Positions 30,700-42,432 of a stretch of 64,000 nt of DNA are shown here, in pieces. How positions within the stretch are numbered: the first letter of the stretch is position 1; every line of letters starts with the position of its first letter. Position numbers and translations under genes: made by a program. The notes under the pieces are model-generated. The model was given only the letters and a program-made list of their open reading frames with translations. It was not told the DNA's origin and did no database searches. The DNA comes from Pleomorphomonas sp. GTDB lineage: Bacteria > Pseudomonadota > Alphaproteobacteria > Rhizobiales > Pleomorphomonadaceae. Location of the stretch: NCBI GenBank assembly GCA_041687675.1, contig JAWLBM010000002.1:112731-176730 (forward strand), given 5' to 3'.

Positions 30700-31719
30700 T
30701 CAGATGCCGGCGGCCGTGTCGCAGGTGGCGAGCGCCGCCTCGAGGCGCTCCACCAACGGCCCGGGGTCGAGCCTAGCGCCCTCGCCGATCAGGCTCAATG
30801 CCGCCTCGGCCCGGGCAAGCGCGGCGCCGCCGAGCACCGGGGCGGCGGCGGCCACCTCCTCCATCTCGGCCATCACGCCGTTGCAGTGGAGGGCGATGTC
30901 GCAGCCCGCCGCCAGCGCCCGGGCGGCCCGCTCGCCGACCGGCCCGGTCAGCGCGTTCATCGAGACATCGTCGGAGAAGAGGAGCCCGCTAAAGCCGATC
31001 ATCCCGCGGATGACCTCGCCGATCACCGTCCCGGACTGCGTCGCCGGCCAGTCCGGGTCGATCGAGGTGTAGACCACATGCGCCGTCATCGCGGCGGGCG
31101 CGTCGGACAGCGCCAGGAAGGGGGCGAAGTCGAGCGCGGCGAGGTCGTCGAAGGCGGCGGTCACCACCGGAAGCTGGAGATGGCTGTCGACGGTGGCGCG
31201 GCCGTGGCCGGGGATGTGCTTGATCACCGGCAGCACGCCGCCGGCGAGCATCCCCTCCATCGCCGCCCGGCCCATCCGCGTGACGAGGGCCGGGTCGCCG
31301 CCATAGGCGCGGTCGCCGACAACCTCGCTCTGGCCCGGCAGGCCGAGGTCGAGGCAGGGCATGCAGTCGACGGTAATGCCGGCCGCGCGGAGTTCGGCCG
31401 CCATCGCCCGGGCGACGTCGCGGACGAGGTCGCCGTCGCCGCTCGCCTCGGCCGCGCGGGCGAGCCGGGCCGCCGAGGGCCAGCGGCGCCAGGCCGGGGC
31501 GGTCAGCCTTTGCACGCGCCCGCCCTCCTGGTCGACCAGCACGGGCGCGTCGCGGCCGACCGCCTCCCGGAAGTCGTCGGCGAGCCGGCGCACTTGCTCG
31601 GGGCTCTCCACGTTGCGGCGGAAGAGGATCAGGCCGAAGGGATCGCTTTCGGCGAGGAAGCGGCGCTCGCCGTCGGTGAGGGCGTGGCCGGCGCATCCGG
31701 TGACGAAGGCGCGGGGCAT
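30700..31719 (-). CDS. nagZ: Beta-N-acetylhexosaminidase (GH3, NagZ)
   Basis: 339 aa. Motifs LVDQEGGRVQRL, KHIPGHGRATVDSH, LLFSDDVSM. Confidence 0.85.
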   Translation of the reverse strand: MPRAFVTGCAGHALTDGERRFLAESDPFGLILFRRNVESPEQVRRLADDFREAVGRDAPVLVDQEGGRVQRLTAPAWRRWPSAARLARAAEASGDGDLVRDVARAMAAELRAAGITVDCMPCLDLGLPGQSEVVGDRAYGGDPALVTRMGRAAMEGMLAGGVLPVIKHIPGHGRATVDSHLQLPVVTAAFDDLAALDFAPFLALSDAPAAMTAHVVYTSIDPDWPATQSGTVIGEVIRGMIGFSGLLFSDDVSMNALTGPVGERAARALAAGCDIALHCNGVMAEMEEVAAAAPVLGGAALARAEAALSLIGEGARLDPGPLVERLEAALATCDTAAGI

Positions 31720-31798
31720 GATGCGGGATCCTCTCCTCCAGACGCCGCGGCGAGCGCGCGGCGCCCCGTGCGGGCGCCACGCTATCCGATTCGCCCGG

Positions 31799-33370
31799 TC
31801 AGCGGCTGGCGAGCAGGCAGTCGGAGCCCTGTCCCCTCAGGCTCTCGCAGAGGCTCGCGGCCTCGGCCCGGGTCGGCTGGCCGACGCGGACCCGGTAGTA
31901 GACGCCGCGGTCGCCGAGGTCTGCGCGCTGCACATCCGGCTGGAGCCCGCCGAGGATGTTCGGATGCTTCGCCTGCAGGGCCCGGAAGGTCTGCAGCGCC
32001 GCCTCCTCGCTCCGCTGCGAGGCGAGCTGAACATAGGCGGCGGCGGGCGCGGAGGCGGTCGTCACTGGGTCGGCGGCGGGCGGCGGAGCCGCCGGCGCCG
32101 GCTGGGCGGGAGCCTGTGGCACCGCGGCGATCTGTAGATCTAGCGGGCCGTCCGCAGGCGCTCCGGCTTCCGGCTGGGCCGGGGCCTGCGCCGCGGCGAC
32201 CGGAGGGGTCGCGGGGCGGGCGGGCGGCGGCGGAGGCGGAGCCTGGACAACCGGCGGCTCCGGCGCGGTCTCGGCGGCGGCAGGAGCCACCTCGGGCGCG
32301 GCAGGGGCCGCGGCGACATCGACCGGCGGCAGCGGCTGCAGCGACTCGACGGGCGGGCCCGGCAGGTCCGGGAGTTCGGCGACAGCGGTCGGCGGCGGCG
32401 CGGGCTCCGGCGCCTGCACCTGCTCGGCGGGCTGCAGCGGCGGCAGGCCGGCGGCCGACTGCCCCTCGGCGGCGGCGATCGCCTCGGCGATCGGCGACGG
32501 CTCGGTGGCGAGCACCGGATCGGTGACAGACGGCATCGGCCGCTGCGGCGCATCGGGCGACTCGATGATCGAGCCGTCGGGGCGCACCAGCACCGTGCGC
32601 ACGCGGCGCGGCCCGGCGTCGGCCGGCTCCTCGGGGCCGAGGTCGATCTGCTGGCCGTCCGGCAGGATCACGCGGCTGACCTGGGGCGTCACCTCCGGCA
32701 GGTCTGGAACCGCCTCGCCGCGGGCGACGAGGCGCTCCTCGGACTTCGGCGCGTCGGTGGACATCGACTGGAACAGCGCCGCGCCCTCGACCGGCTCGTC
32801 GATGGTGTCCCCGGCGGTCGGCACGATCTTGAAGGGATCCGTCGGGGCCGCGACCAGCACCGGCTCGCCGGAGCCGCCGACCTGGCCGCCCAGCATCAGG
32901 TAGCCGACGCCGCCGGCCGCGACCGCCGCCGCCACGGCGACGCCGGCGAACATGCGGCCGAGCCCCTTCCGCTCGGGCGCGGCGGCCTCCTCGGCGGCCG
33001 GATGCGGCGGCAGCACGCCGTGCTCGGCGCCCTCGGGCGCGAATTCGTCGTGGAGCGACAGTTCCTCGGCGAGCCGATCCAGCGCCGCGTCGTCCCACTG
33101 GTCGTAGCCGGCCGGCTCCTCGCTCTGCACCCGGCCGGTGAGGACGTCCACCGGATCCATCGGATCGGCGTAGGGCGAGCGCTGGTAGTAGACGGTCTCG
33201 AGTTCGGCTGCGAGCGCGTCGGCGATGTCCTCGACGCTCTGCCCCTCGGGGCTGCCGTCCCGCCAGTCGGCTCCCGCGCCGAGCGGCACCGCCTCCTCGG
33301 GCCACGACCCGACCGCCGCCTCACGGCTGCCCGGTGCGTGCGGATCCTTGGCTCGACGGCTGCTGAACAT
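31799..33370 (-). CDS. SPOR domain-containing protein with Pro/Ala-rich linker
   Basis: 523 aa. N-terminal TM segment, ~250-aa low-complexity P/A/E-rich region, and C-terminal SPOR domain (AAYVQLASQRSEEAALQTFRALQAKHPNILGGLQPDVQRADLGDRGVYYRVRVGQPTRAEAASLCESLRGQG). Confidence 0.8.
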   Translation of the reverse strand: MFSSRRAKDPHAPGSREAAVGSWPEEAVPLGAGADWRDGSPEGQSVEDIADALAAELETVYYQRSPYADPMDPVDVLTGRVQSEEPAGYDQWDDAALDRLAEELSLHDEFAPEGAEHGVLPPHPAAEEAAAPERKGLGRMFAGVAVAAAVAAGGVGYLMLGGQVGGSGEPVLVAAPTDPFKIVPTAGDTIDEPVEGAALFQSMSTDAPKSEERLVARGEAVPDLPEVTPQVSRVILPDGQQIDLGPEEPADAGPRRVRTVLVRPDGSIIESPDAPQRPMPSVTDPVLATEPSPIAEAIAAAEGQSAAGLPPLQPAEQVQAPEPAPPPTAVAELPDLPGPPVESLQPLPPVDVAAAPAAPEVAPAAAETAPEPPVVQAPPPPPPARPATPPVAAAQAPAQPEAGAPADGPLDLQIAAVPQAPAQPAPAAPPPAADPVTTASAPAAAYVQLASQRSEEAALQTFRALQAKHPNILGGLQPDVQRADLGDRGVYYRVRVGQPTRAEAASLCESLRGQGSDCLLASR

Positions 33371-33451
33371 CTCTCACGACTTCCCTGGCAAGAGGACTCC
33401 ACCGGCGGCGACCGGTCGCGAACGCGGGAACCGACCGCCGGCGCGGGTGCG

Positions 33452-35200
33452 TCAACGCATCTCCTGCGGGGCGTCGACGCCGAGTATAGCCAGGCCCGAT
33501 GCCAGCACAATCGATACCGCCTCGACGAGCGCCAGCCGAGCCTTGGACGACTCTGGTTCTTCAGGGTTAATAAATCGTAATTGTGGATTTTCCTTGCCCC
33601 GGTTCCAGTGCGCATGGAAATCGCTGGCGAGGTCGTGCAGGTAGAACGCGATCCGATGCGGCTCGTGACTTTCGGCCGCGCCTTCGACCACCCGCGGGAA
33701 CTCGGCGATTCGCCGCATCAGCGCTTGCTCCCCCTCGTCCTCGAGGGTCTCCAGCCGGATCCCGGGGATGTGCCCGTCCCACAGCCCCGGCGCCTGCTCC
33801 TCCGCCTGGCGGAACACAGACCGGCAGCGCGCATGGGCGTACTGCACGTAGAACACCGGGTTGTCCTTCGACTGCTCCTTCACCTTGACGAAGTCGAAGT
33901 CGAGCGGGGCGTCGTTCTTGCGCATCAGCATCATGAAGCGCACCCCGTCGCGGCCGACCTCCTCGACCACCTCGCGCAACGTGACGAACTCGCCGGAGCG
34001 CTTGGACATCTTCACCGGCTCGCCGCCGCGGGTGAGCCGCACCAGCTGGCAGAGCCGGACGACGACCTTCGCCCGCTCGTCCAGCGCCTTGCCCACCGCC
34101 TCGAGCCGCTTGACGTAGCCGCCATGGTCGGCGCCGAGGATGAAGATCAGCTCGGAGAAGCCGCGCATCAGCTTGTCGCGCATGTAGGCGACGTCGGCGG
34201 CGAAGTAGGTGTAGCTGCCGTCGGACTTCGACAGCGGCCGGTCCATGTCGTCGCCGTAGGCGGAGGCGCGGAACAGCACCTGCTCGCGGTCCTCCCAGTC
34301 GTCCGGCAGCTGTCCCTTGGGCGGCGGCAGCCGACCCTCGTAGACGAGGTCGCGGGCGCGGAAGTCGGCGAGCATCCGGTCGATCTCGGAGGATCCGTCC
34401 GGTCCCTTCTCGTGCAGCGACCGCTCGGAGAAGAACGCCTCGTGGGTGACGCCGAGGAGGGCGAGGTCGGCGCGGATCATCTCCATCATCCTGTCGATGA
34501 CCACGGGCTTCACCAGCGCCAGCGCCTCGCCCTCGCCCAGCGCGAGGAGCCGGTCGCCGTGCCCGGCCTTCAGCGCCTCGCCGACCGGGACCAGGTAGTC
34601 GCCGGGGTAGAGCCCCTCGGGGATGGAGATCGCCTCGCCCAGCGCCTCGCGGTAGCGCAACAGCGCCGAGCGGGCGAGCACGTCCACCTGGCCGCCGGCG
34701 TCGTTGATGTAGTACTCGCGGGTCACGGCGAAGCCGGCGAACTCCAGCAGGCTCGCCAGCGCGTCACCGACCACGGCGCCGCGCACATGGCCGACGTGCA
34801 TCGGCCCGGTCGGGTTGGCCGAGACGAACTCCACGTTGACCTTGCGGCCGCTGCCCATCGCCGACCGGCCGTAGGTCGAGGGCTGGACGAGCACGTCGCG
34901 CAGGAGGTCGGTCCAGACCGCCGGCCTGAGGCGCAGGTTGATGAACCCCGGCCCGGCGACGCTCGCCTCGGCGACGTCGCCGTGGTCGGAGAGCGCCCGG
35001 ACGATCCGCTCGGCGAGTTCGCGCGGCTTGATGCCGAGCGGCTTGGCCAGCACCATCGCCGCGTTGGTGGCGACGTCGCCGTGCGAGGCATCCCGCGGCG
35101 GCTCCACGCCGATCCGGTCGAGGTCGGCCTCGGACACGCCGAGCTGGAGCGAGCGGACGGCCGCCCGGACCCGTTCGCCGTAGACCTGGAAGAGGTTCAT
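33452..35200 (-). CDS. argS: Arginine--tRNA ligase
   Basis: 582 aa. HIGH-type motif ([14 protein letters not shown]), KMSKR-like MSKRSG, and anticodon-binding DALR C-terminus. Confidence 0.9.
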   Translation of the reverse strand: MNLFQVYGERVRAAVRSLQLGVSEADLDRIGVEPPRDASHGDVATNAAMVLAKPLGIKPRELAERIVRALSDHGDVAEASVAGPGFINLRLRPAVWTDLLRDVLVQPSTYGRSAMGSGRKVNVEFVSANPTGPMHVGHVRGAVVGDALASLLEFAGFAVTREYYINDAGGQVDVLARSALLRYREALGEAISIPEGLYPGDYLVPVGEALKAGHGDRLLALGEGEALALVKPVVIDRMMEMIRADLALLGVTHEAFFSERSLHEKGPDGSSEIDRMLADFRARDLVYEGRLPPPKGQLPDDWEDREQVLFRASAYGDDMDRPLSKSDGSYTYFAADVAYMRDKLMRGFSELIFILGADHGGYVKRLEAVGKALDERAKVVVRLCQLVRLTRGGEPVKMSKRSGEFVTLREVVEEVGRDGVRFMMLMRKNDAPLDFDFVKVKEQSKDNPVFYVQYAHARCRSVFRQAEEQAPGLWDGHIPGIRLETLEDEGEQALMRRIAEFPRVVEGAAESHEPHRIAFYLHDLASDFHAHWNRGKENPQLRFINPEEPESSKARLALVEAVSIVLASGLAILGVDAPQEMR

Positions 35201-35284
35201 GATCGATCGATCCCTGGCGGCGCGGCCGGGCGGCGGGTCCGCCCCGGCGGGCGCCGAACGGCTGCATCTCGTGTGGCGGGTCGC

Positions 35285-36496
35285 CTATCGCAATTGCGGG
35301 GTGTCGTCAAACAGGCGCCGGTGCTCCTGGATCGCGAAGCGGTCGGTCATTCCGGCGATGTAGTCCCCGATCCGGCGCGGCAGGCCCTCGTCCACCGTTC
35401 CCATCGGCTCGCGCCATTCGTCGGGCAGCGCGTCCGGTCGGGAGAGATAATGCGCGTAGAGCTCGCGGACGATGCGGTCCGCTCCCTTGCGGACGCGGAC
35501 CACGTCCGGATGCCGGTAGAGGTTGGGGAAGAGATAGTCCTTCACCGCCCGGTCCACCGCGCCCATCCGCCCGGAGAAGGTGACGATCGTGCGCCCGGCG
35601 GCGCGGACGTCGTCGGCGGAGCGCGGCGCGAGGTCGACGAGGTTGGCCGTCGCGGTCTCGATCACGTCCTCGACCATGGCGGTGATCAGCCGGCGGGTGA
35701 GCTCGTTGATCACCCGCCCGCGCTCGAGCCCGGGCCAGCGCCGGTCGATGGTCTCGAGGAACTCGCCGACCAGCGGCAGGCCGCGCAGGCCCTCGAGGTC
35801 GATCATCCCGGCGCGCAGGCCGTCGTCGATGTCATGGGCGTCGTAGGCGATGTCGTCGGCGATCGCCGCGCACTGGGCCTCCGCCGAGGCATGGGTGGAG
35901 ATCTCCAGCTCGCGCCAGTGCGGATAGGCGGTGAGTGCGTGCGGCAGGCCCTTGCCGGCGCCGGCGCCGACGGGCGCGCCGTCCGGCCCGGCCAGCGGCC
36001 CGTTGTGCTTGACCAGGCCCTCCAGGGTCTCCCAGGAGAGGTTCAGCCCGTCGAACTCGGCGTAGCGCCGCTCCAGAAAGGTGACGATCCTGAGCGACTG
36101 GGCGTTGTGGTCGAAGCCGCCGACGTCGGCGAGGCAGGCGTCGAGGGTGTCCTCCCCCGTGTGGCCGAAGGGCGTGTGGCCGAGGTCATGCGCCAGCGCC
36201 AGCGCCTCGGCGAGGTCCTCGTCGAGTCTCAGGGCGCGGGCGAGCGCGCGGGCGATCTGCGCCACCTCGATGGTGTGGGTGAGGCGGGTGCGGAAGTGGT
36301 CGCCCTCGTGGTAGACGAACACCTGCGTCTTGTGCTTCAGCCGGCGGAAGGCGGAGGAGTGGATGATCCGGTCGCGGTCCCGCTGGTAGGGCGTGCGCGT
36401 GGGGCTGGCGGGCTCGGGCTTCACCCGCCCGCGCGAGCGGCCCGGGTCCACCGCATAGGGGGCGAGCGGCCCGTGGCCGAAGCCGAGTGTCGTCAC
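35285..36496 (-). CDS. dgt: dGTPase-like deoxyguanosinetriphosphate triphosphohydrolase (HD domain)
   Basis: 403 aa. HD motif [16 protein letters not shown]...[15 protein letters not shown]. Confidence 0.85.
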   Translation of the reverse strand: MTTLGFGHGPLAPYAVDPGRSRGRVKPEPASPTRTPYQRDRDRIIHSSAFRRLKHKTQVFVYHEGDHFRTRLTHTIEVAQIARALARALRLDEDLAEALALAHDLGHTPFGHTGEDTLDACLADVGGFDHNAQSLRIVTFLERRYAEFDGLNLSWETLEGLVKHNGPLAGPDGAPVGAGAGKGLPHALTAYPHWRELEISTHASAEAQCAAIADDIAYDAHDIDDGLRAGMIDLEGLRGLPLVGEFLETIDRRWPGLERGRVINELTRRLITAMVEDVIETATANLVDLAPRSADDVRAAGRTIVTFSGRMGAVDRAVKDYLFPNLYRHPDVVRVRKGADRIVRELYAHYLSRPDALPDEWREPMGTVDEGLPRRIGDYIAGMTDRFAIQEHRRLFDDTPQLR

Positions 36497-36669
36497 GAGA
36501 CTCTCCCGTCGGGATCCGCCGCGCCGGAATCCCGTCTGCGCCCGGGCGGCCGATTGACCTCGCCCTCGGCGATACTTACCTATTGTGGGAGCGCGAACAC
36601 AAGTTCCGAGCCGGCCGCGGCCGGCCGAGCGGGGCCGCCGCGACGGCGAGGCCCCGGGAAGCGAGAGCC

Positions 36670-37011
36670 ATGAGCACCGACGCCATCGACACCGTGACCG
36701 TCACCGAACGGGCCGCCCGCCGCATCGCCGGCATCGTCGCGCGCCAGTCCGACGCCCGAGCGCTCCGCGTCTCCGTCGAGGGCGGCGGCTGCTCCGGCTT
36801 CTCCTACAGGTTCGATCTCGCGGCCGGCCCCGAGGCGGACGACGTCGTGATCGAGCGCGAGGGCGCCACCGTGGTGATCGACCAGACCTCGCTCCCCTTC
36901 ATCGCCGGCTCGGAGATCGACTTCGTCGACGACCTGATGGGCCAGTCCTTCCAGGTCCGCAATCCGAACGCCACGGCAAGCTGCGGCTGCGGCACCAGCT
37001 TCTCCATCTGA
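36670..37011 (+). CDS. erpA: Iron-sulfur cluster insertion protein ErpA / HesB family
   Basis: 113 aa ending ...CGCGTSFSI (canonical A-type carrier C-terminus). Start at an internal Met of ORF 36487..37011. Confidence 0.85.
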   Translation: MSTDAIDTVTVTERAARRIAGIVARQSDARALRVSVEGGGCSGFSYRFDLAAGPEADDVVIEREGATVVIDQTSLPFIAGSEIDFVDDLMGQSFQVRNPNATASCGCGTSFSI

Positions 37012-37102
37012 CCCTCGGTTTCCCACCGGAACCGCCACCCCCGCCCTTCCCTCGCGCGATCCGCCCCGCCATCATGCGGCCCGCCTCGAACGGGAGCCCT
37101 GC

Positions 37103-37891
37103 ATGCGGATCGCCACCTGGAACATCAACGGCATCAAGGCGCGGATCGAGACCGCGCTCGCCTGGCTGGAGGCCGCGCGGCCGGAGATCGTCTGCCTTCA
37201 GGAGATCAAGTCGGTCGACGAGGCCTTCCCGAGGGAGCCATTCGAGCGGCTGGGCTACTCGGTCGCGACGCACGGGCAGAAGGGGTTCAACGGGGTCGCC
37301 ATCCTCTCCCGCCTGCCGCTGGAGGACGTCCGCCGCGGCCTGCCGGGCGACGACGGCGACGCCCAGGCCCGCTACATCGAGGCCGTCGTCCCGGTGGCGG
37401 CCGGCGTCGTGCGCGTCGCGTCCATCTACCTGCCCAACGGCAACCCGATCGGCACGGAGAAGTTCGACTACAAGCTCGGCTGGATGCGCCGGCTGGAGGC
37501 GCACGCGCGCGACCTCCTCACCCTCGAGGAGCCGCTGGTGCTCGCCGGCGACTACAACGTCATCCCCGAGGAGGAGGACTGCAGGAACCCGGCGGACTGG
37601 GTGAACGACGCGCTGTTCCAGCCGGAGAGCCGCCGGGCCTTTCGCGCGCTGAAGGCGATCGGCCTCACCGATGCGCTGCGCGCCGTCGACCGGGCGCCGG
37701 GACGATATACCTTCTGGGACTACCAGGCCGGCGCCTTCCAGCGGAACAACGGCATCCGCATCGACCACCTGCTGTTGTCGCCGCAGGCGGCGGACCGGCT
37801 CCGGTCGGTGGAGATCGTGGCGGAGGTGCGCGGCTGGGAGAAGCCGTCCGACCATGTGCCGGTGGTGGCGACCCTCGACCTCGAGGCCTGA
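37103..37891 (+). CDS. xthA: Exodeoxyribonuclease III
   Basis: 262 aa. MRIATWNINGI..., EEP-nuclease motifs (LQEIK, GDYNVIP, RIDHLL). Confidence 0.88.
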   Translation: MRIATWNINGIKARIETALAWLEAARPEIVCLQEIKSVDEAFPREPFERLGYSVATHGQKGFNGVAILSRLPLEDVRRGLPGDDGDAQARYIEAVVPVAAGVVRVASIYLPNGNPIGTEKFDYKLGWMRRLEAHARDLLTLEEPLVLAGDYNVIPEEEDCRNPADWVNDALFQPESRRAFRALKAIGLTDALRAVDRAPGRYTFWDYQAGAFQRNNGIRIDHLLLSPQAADRLRSVEIVAEVRGWEKPSDHVPVVATLDLEA

Positions 37892-38000
37892 CCCGCGCGG
37901 GCCGGTGGCGGCACGGCTGCGCCGCGTCAGTTCGAGGAGTTGGCGGCGCCACCGCGCCGCTGGTCAACTCAAGGGGTTGGCGGCGCGCTTGCGCCGCCGG

Positions 38001-38882
38001 TCAGTTGGACGCGGTGGCGAGGATCTCGGCGTGCGTCTCGATCCAGTCGTCGGCCTCGGCGATCGCCTTGCGGCGGACCGCCTCCGGCGCCACCGCCAAC
38101 GCCTTCTCGTGCGCCGCGCGGACCTCGCCGTCCGGCAGGCCGGCGGCCTGGATCCGCTTCAGCGCCACCGTGAGCCACATCAGGCCGAGGCCCGGGTCGG
38201 CGCGGATGCCGTCGCCCTGGCTCAGCATCACGCCGAGCCGGATCTGGGCGTCGAGCTGTCCCTTCTTGGCGGCCGAGTTGAACCAGCGCGCCGCCAGCCG
38301 CGGGTTGCGGTCGCCGCCGAGGCCGTCGAGGTACATGCGGCCGAGGTTCACCTGCGCCAGGGCGTCGCCGAAGTAGGTGGCGGCGTAGTTGAAGATTTCC
38401 CGGGCGCGGCTGGCGTTCGGCGACACCGCCGAGTTGGCGATGCCGGTCATGTAGTAGGAGCCGATCTCGACGAAGGCGTTCGCCACGTAGGGCGCCTGGG
38501 GCGAGTTCGGCGCGTCGTCCGCATGGGCCGAGATGATCTGGTTGAAGTACTCGAAGGCCTTGAGGTCGTTCTCCTCGACGCCGTCGCCGTCGGCATACAT
38601 GCGACCGAGCTTCCACTGGGCCGCCGGATGGCCGCCGGCCGCCGCGGACTCCAGCCCGTCCAGCGCCTCCATGGTGTTGCCGGCGTAGTAGGCGCGGGCG
38701 CCCTCGCGCAGCGCCTCGAGCACCGACTGCTCGCTCCAGGACGGAATCGCGGCTGGAGCCGCCGCCGTCCCCGGGGCTGGATCGAACGCTGCCGCCGGCT
38801 GCGGGGCCAGCGACAGGGTGGAGGCGACGATCGCCGCCTTGAGACCCGTGAACGGAACGCGATGCGGTATCTGCATGTCCAC
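38001..38882 (-). CDS. Sel1-repeat (TPR-like) secreted protein
   Basis: 293 aa. Signal peptide, then several Sel1 repeats (AAQWKLGRMYADGDGVEEND..., AQVNLGRMYLDGLGGDRNPRLAARWFNSAAKKGQLDAQIRLGVML). Confidence 0.75.
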   Translation of the reverse strand: MDMQIPHRVPFTGLKAAIVASTLSLAPQPAAAFDPAPGTAAAPAAIPSWSEQSVLEALREGARAYYAGNTMEALDGLESAAAGGHPAAQWKLGRMYADGDGVEENDLKAFEYFNQIISAHADDAPNSPQAPYVANAFVEIGSYYMTGIANSAVSPNASRAREIFNYAATYFGDALAQVNLGRMYLDGLGGDRNPRLAARWFNSAAKKGQLDAQIRLGVMLSQGDGIRADPGLGLMWLTVALKRIQAAGLPDGEVRAAHEKALAVAPEAVRRKAIAEADDWIETHAEILATASN

Positions 38883-39203
38883 TCTTCGCGAAGCCTTCCC
38901 GCGACGGGACGGCCTCCCTCGCTACGCCATCGCTGTAGAACGGCGATGGTAAATTTCGTGTAGCCCCGCGGCACGCGCCCCGCGTCATCCGGACCCGCCA
39001 CCCAGGGCGATCGACGGACGACGCGGAGGATGCCGAGGGTTTCCGGCGAATGTGCGGCCCGCTCGTCGAGACCGGAAATACGCCGGGAACCGCGGCTTCC
39101 GCAGAGCCCGAGGGCACGACAGCGCTGGTTTATGGCTGAATAGCGGCGTCGGCCGGCGGGCGTGCCGACGCTGCCACAGGAATCCGGAATTGTTGCACTT
39201 TCG

Positions 39204-40154
39204 TCACATCGCCGTGCCGGCAGGTCGGATCTCCCCGACCGCAAGGATTCCGGCGGCGGCCAGCCAGTCGTCGACGATCCGGGCGGCGACGTCGGTGCGG
39301 GCGACGGTCTGCAGCCCCCGCCAGGCCGGGGTCGAGTTGACCTCCAGCACCGTGAAGCCGCCGGCCGGGTCGCGGATCAGGTCGACGCCGGCGAAGTCGG
39401 CGCCCACCGCCGCCGCCGCCGCCTCCGCCATCCGCTCCAGCAGCGGCTCGTGGCCGAGCGGCTCGGGCGTCGCGCCCCGGTGCACGTTGGTGATCCAGGA
39501 TCCCGACCGGCGGACCATGGCCGCCACCGCGCGCCCCGCGGAGACGAGCACGCGGAAGTCGCGGTAGCTCTCCTCCCCCGGCGGCACGAAGCGCTGAAGG
39601 TACCAGACGCCCCAGACCTCGTCGGCCGGCGGCAGGTCGTCGGGTCGGTGGAGGAGGGCGAGGCCCCTGCCCTGCGCCCCGAACAGTGGCTTGGAGACGA
39701 CCCGGTGGCCGCGCCCCGTCTCACGAGCGACGAACTCCAGCGCGCGGGCGCGGCTCTCGGTGACGAGGGTCCTGGGGGTCGGCAGGCCGGCGCGCACCAG
39801 CGCGAGGCTGGTCGCCGCCTTGTCGACGCAGCGCTCGATCGCCCGCGGGGCGTTCCAGACGGTGATGCCCATCTCGGCGAGGCCGTGCAGCACGCCGAGT
39901 CGCAGCGACACCGCCTCGAAGCTCCCCGGCGCGATTCCGCGGACGAGCGCCGCGCGGGGCAGCGCCCCGCCGCATCCCGGCACCGTCAGCGGCACCCGGC
40001 CGCCGATCTCGAAGGCGACGTCGGAAAGGCGGGCGACCACCGGGGCGAGGCCGCGGCCGCGGAGGGCGGAGACGAGCCGCTCCTGGTGCCAATCGGCCTC
40101 GTCGGAGAACACCACCACGGGCCCCGACGCGGAGCGGTCCGGACAGTGACGCAT
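39204..40154 (-). CDS. RimK-family ATP-grasp ligase (alpha-L-glutamate ligase-like)
   Basis: 316 aa at the C-terminal end of artefactual ORF 39204..40658. Pre-ATP-grasp N-domain and ATP-grasp motifs (VVSKPLFGAQGRGL, GSWITNVHRGA, VDLIRDPAGGFTVLEVNSTP). Confidence 0.75.
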   Translation of the reverse strand: MRHCPDRSASGPVVVFSDEADWHQERLVSALRGRGLAPVVARLSDVAFEIGGRVPLTVPGCGGALPRAALVRGIAPGSFEAVSLRLGVLHGLAEMGITVWNAPRAIERCVDKAATSLALVRAGLPTPRTLVTESRARALEFVARETGRGHRVVSKPLFGAQGRGLALLHRPDDLPPADEVWGVWYLQRFVPPGEESYRDFRVLVSAGRAVAAMVRRSGSWITNVHRGATPEPLGHEPLLERMAEAAAAAVGADFAGVDLIRDPAGGFTVLEVNSTPAWRGLQTVARTDVAARIVDDWLAAAGILAVGEIRPAGTAM

Positions 40155-40329
40155 GGAATTCCGAGAATGAGATGGATGGGAGGGTGGGATGGCGGCGACG
40201 GTAGCCCCGTTCGCGCCCGCTGTCATCCGCCTGCCGCGCTCCGGCGGCGGACATGGTTTAGTCTGCGTCATCGACATTGCAGCACGGCGACGGCCAGCCG
40301 CCCTCGCCCGAACCGGAGGAGCAGACCCG

Positions 40330-40689
40330 ATGACCGACCGCGCCCTTTCCGACGAGGAGATCCGCGCCCGCCTTTCCCGCGACCTGCCCGCCTGGCGCCA
40401 CGAGGACGGCCAGATCCGCCGCACAATCCGCACCCGCTCCTGGAAGGGCACGATGCTGGCCGTCGGCGCCATCGGCCACCTTGCCGAGGCGGCCTGGCAC
40501 CACCCCGACCTCCTCGTCACCTTCTCGAGCGTCGAGGTGAGGCTCTCCACGCACGACGCCGGCGGGATCACCGAGAAGGACTTCGAACTCGCCGCGAAGA
40601 TCGAGGAGGTGGTGCTGTGGAAGCCCGAGGGCGGCGCCCTCGAGGGCACGCCCGACACCGACCGGCACGGCTACGTGGTCCGCGGCTGA
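40330..40689 (+). CDS. phhB: Pterin-4-alpha-carbinolamine dehydratase
   Basis: 119 aa. ...WKGTMLAVGAIGHLAEAAWHHPDLLVTFSSVEVRLSTHDAGGITEKDF. GGAGGA RBS 9 nt upstream. Confidence 0.85.
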   Translation: MTDRALSDEEIRARLSRDLPAWRHEDGQIRRTIRTRSWKGTMLAVGAIGHLAEAAWHHPDLLVTFSSVEVRLSTHDAGGITEKDFELAAKIEEVVLWKPEGGALEGTPDTDRHGYVVRG

Positions 40690-40800
40690 TGCCGGGCGGG
40701 CGTCACGCCCGGCGGCCACCGGAGCGCCGCCAGCCGTTGAAAAGTGCCATCATCTCGTCCATATTGATAGCAACGCAGTCAATCCGCGGAGGACGCCATC

Positions 40801-41067
40801 ATGGCCGCCGTCACCATCCGGAACCTCTCCGACGAAGCCCATCGCGCCCTGAAAATTCGCGCGGCTCAGAACAACCGCAGCACCGAGGCCGAGATGCGCG
40901 CCATACTCGAGGCCGCAGTGCGACCGGAGGGCCGCGTGCTGCTGGGCACCGCTTTGGCGGAAACCAGCCGAAAGATGGGCCTTACCAATGCCGACGTCGA
41001 GGCCCTCGAGCAATCCCTCGAGCAGGTCCGCGACAGGCGTCCCGCCGAACCCATGACGTTTGAATGA
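40801..41067 (+). CDS. FitA/VapB-like ribbon-helix-helix antitoxin
   Basis: 88 aa. MAAVTIRNLSDEAHRALKIRAAQNNRSTEAEMRAILEAAV. Immediately followed by a PIN-domain gene. Confidence 0.75.
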   Translation: MAAVTIRNLSDEAHRALKIRAAQNNRSTEAEMRAILEAAVRPEGRVLLGTALAETSRKMGLTNADVEALEQSLEQVRDRRPAEPMTFE

Positions 41068-41080
41068 CGGGACGCTTCGC

Positions 41081-41857
<777 letters not shown>

Positions 41858-41858
<1 letters not shown>

Positions 41859-42283
41859 TGTTGTATCTCGACACGTCGCTGATCGTCGCAGCACTCTCCA
41901 ACGAAGCGATGACGCCGCACGTTCACGCATGGCTGGCAGAGCAGGATCCGGCCCAGCTCCTGATCAGCGACTGGACCGTCACCGAGATGTCGTCGGCCAT
42001 GGCGATCAAGCTGCGGACCGGACAGATCAGCCTCGAACAGCGCGCGGCGGCGCTCGCGATGTTCAACAGACTCGTCGCCGAAAGCTTCACGGTGCTGAGC
42101 GTGACGGGCGGGCAGTTCCGGGCGGCGGCGAGGTTTGCCGACCAGCATGCGCTTGGGCTCCGCGCCGGAGATGCGCTGCACCTCGCCATTGCATCGGAGC
42201 ATGGCGCCACGGTGCATACGCTCGACCAGCGGCTCGCCGAGGCCGGGCCAGCGCTCGGTGTGCCGGCGCAGTTGCTGGCTTGA
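41858..42283 (+). CDS. vapC: VapC-like PIN-domain toxin
   Basis: 141 aa. [13 protein letters not shown]..., TGATG overlap with the phd stop. Confidence 0.75.
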
Positions 42284-42343
42284 TCCGGGGCCTCTCCGTC
42301 TCCGGGGCCTCTCCATCCTGGCCGGCCCGATTGGAAGCTGCCA

Positions 42344-42432
42344 TGGCCGGCAACTGGTCCGATGAGCAGAACGACGCGATCATGGCGGATCATTTCGCGA
42401 TGCTCGCCGACGACTTCGCCGGGCGGCCATAG
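42344..42432 (+). pseudogene. Truncated or frameshifted ORF remnant (29-aa N-terminal fragment MAGNWSDEQNDAIMADHFAMLADDFAGRP)
   Basis: A short in-frame ORF followed by protein-like sequence in two other frames up to ~42600. No intact gene. Confidence 0.3.

Noticed and set aside
31799-33370. Pro/Ala-rich repetitive stretch as a tandem-repeat or mobile feature
   Set aside because: It is the low-complexity linker of an in-frame SPOR-domain protein (the C-terminal SPOR motif is intact), not a DNA-level repeat family.
33581-36673. 1,030-aa plus-strand ORF across argS and dgt
   Set aside because: Antisense to two confidently identified genes, with no motifs; GC-skew artefact. Many long R/G/P-rich ORFs elsewhere (e.g. 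18118..20118, 30112..32526, 39162..41063, 47421..49439, 49406..52309, 52325..54253 upstream part, 57723..59165) were rejected for the same reason.
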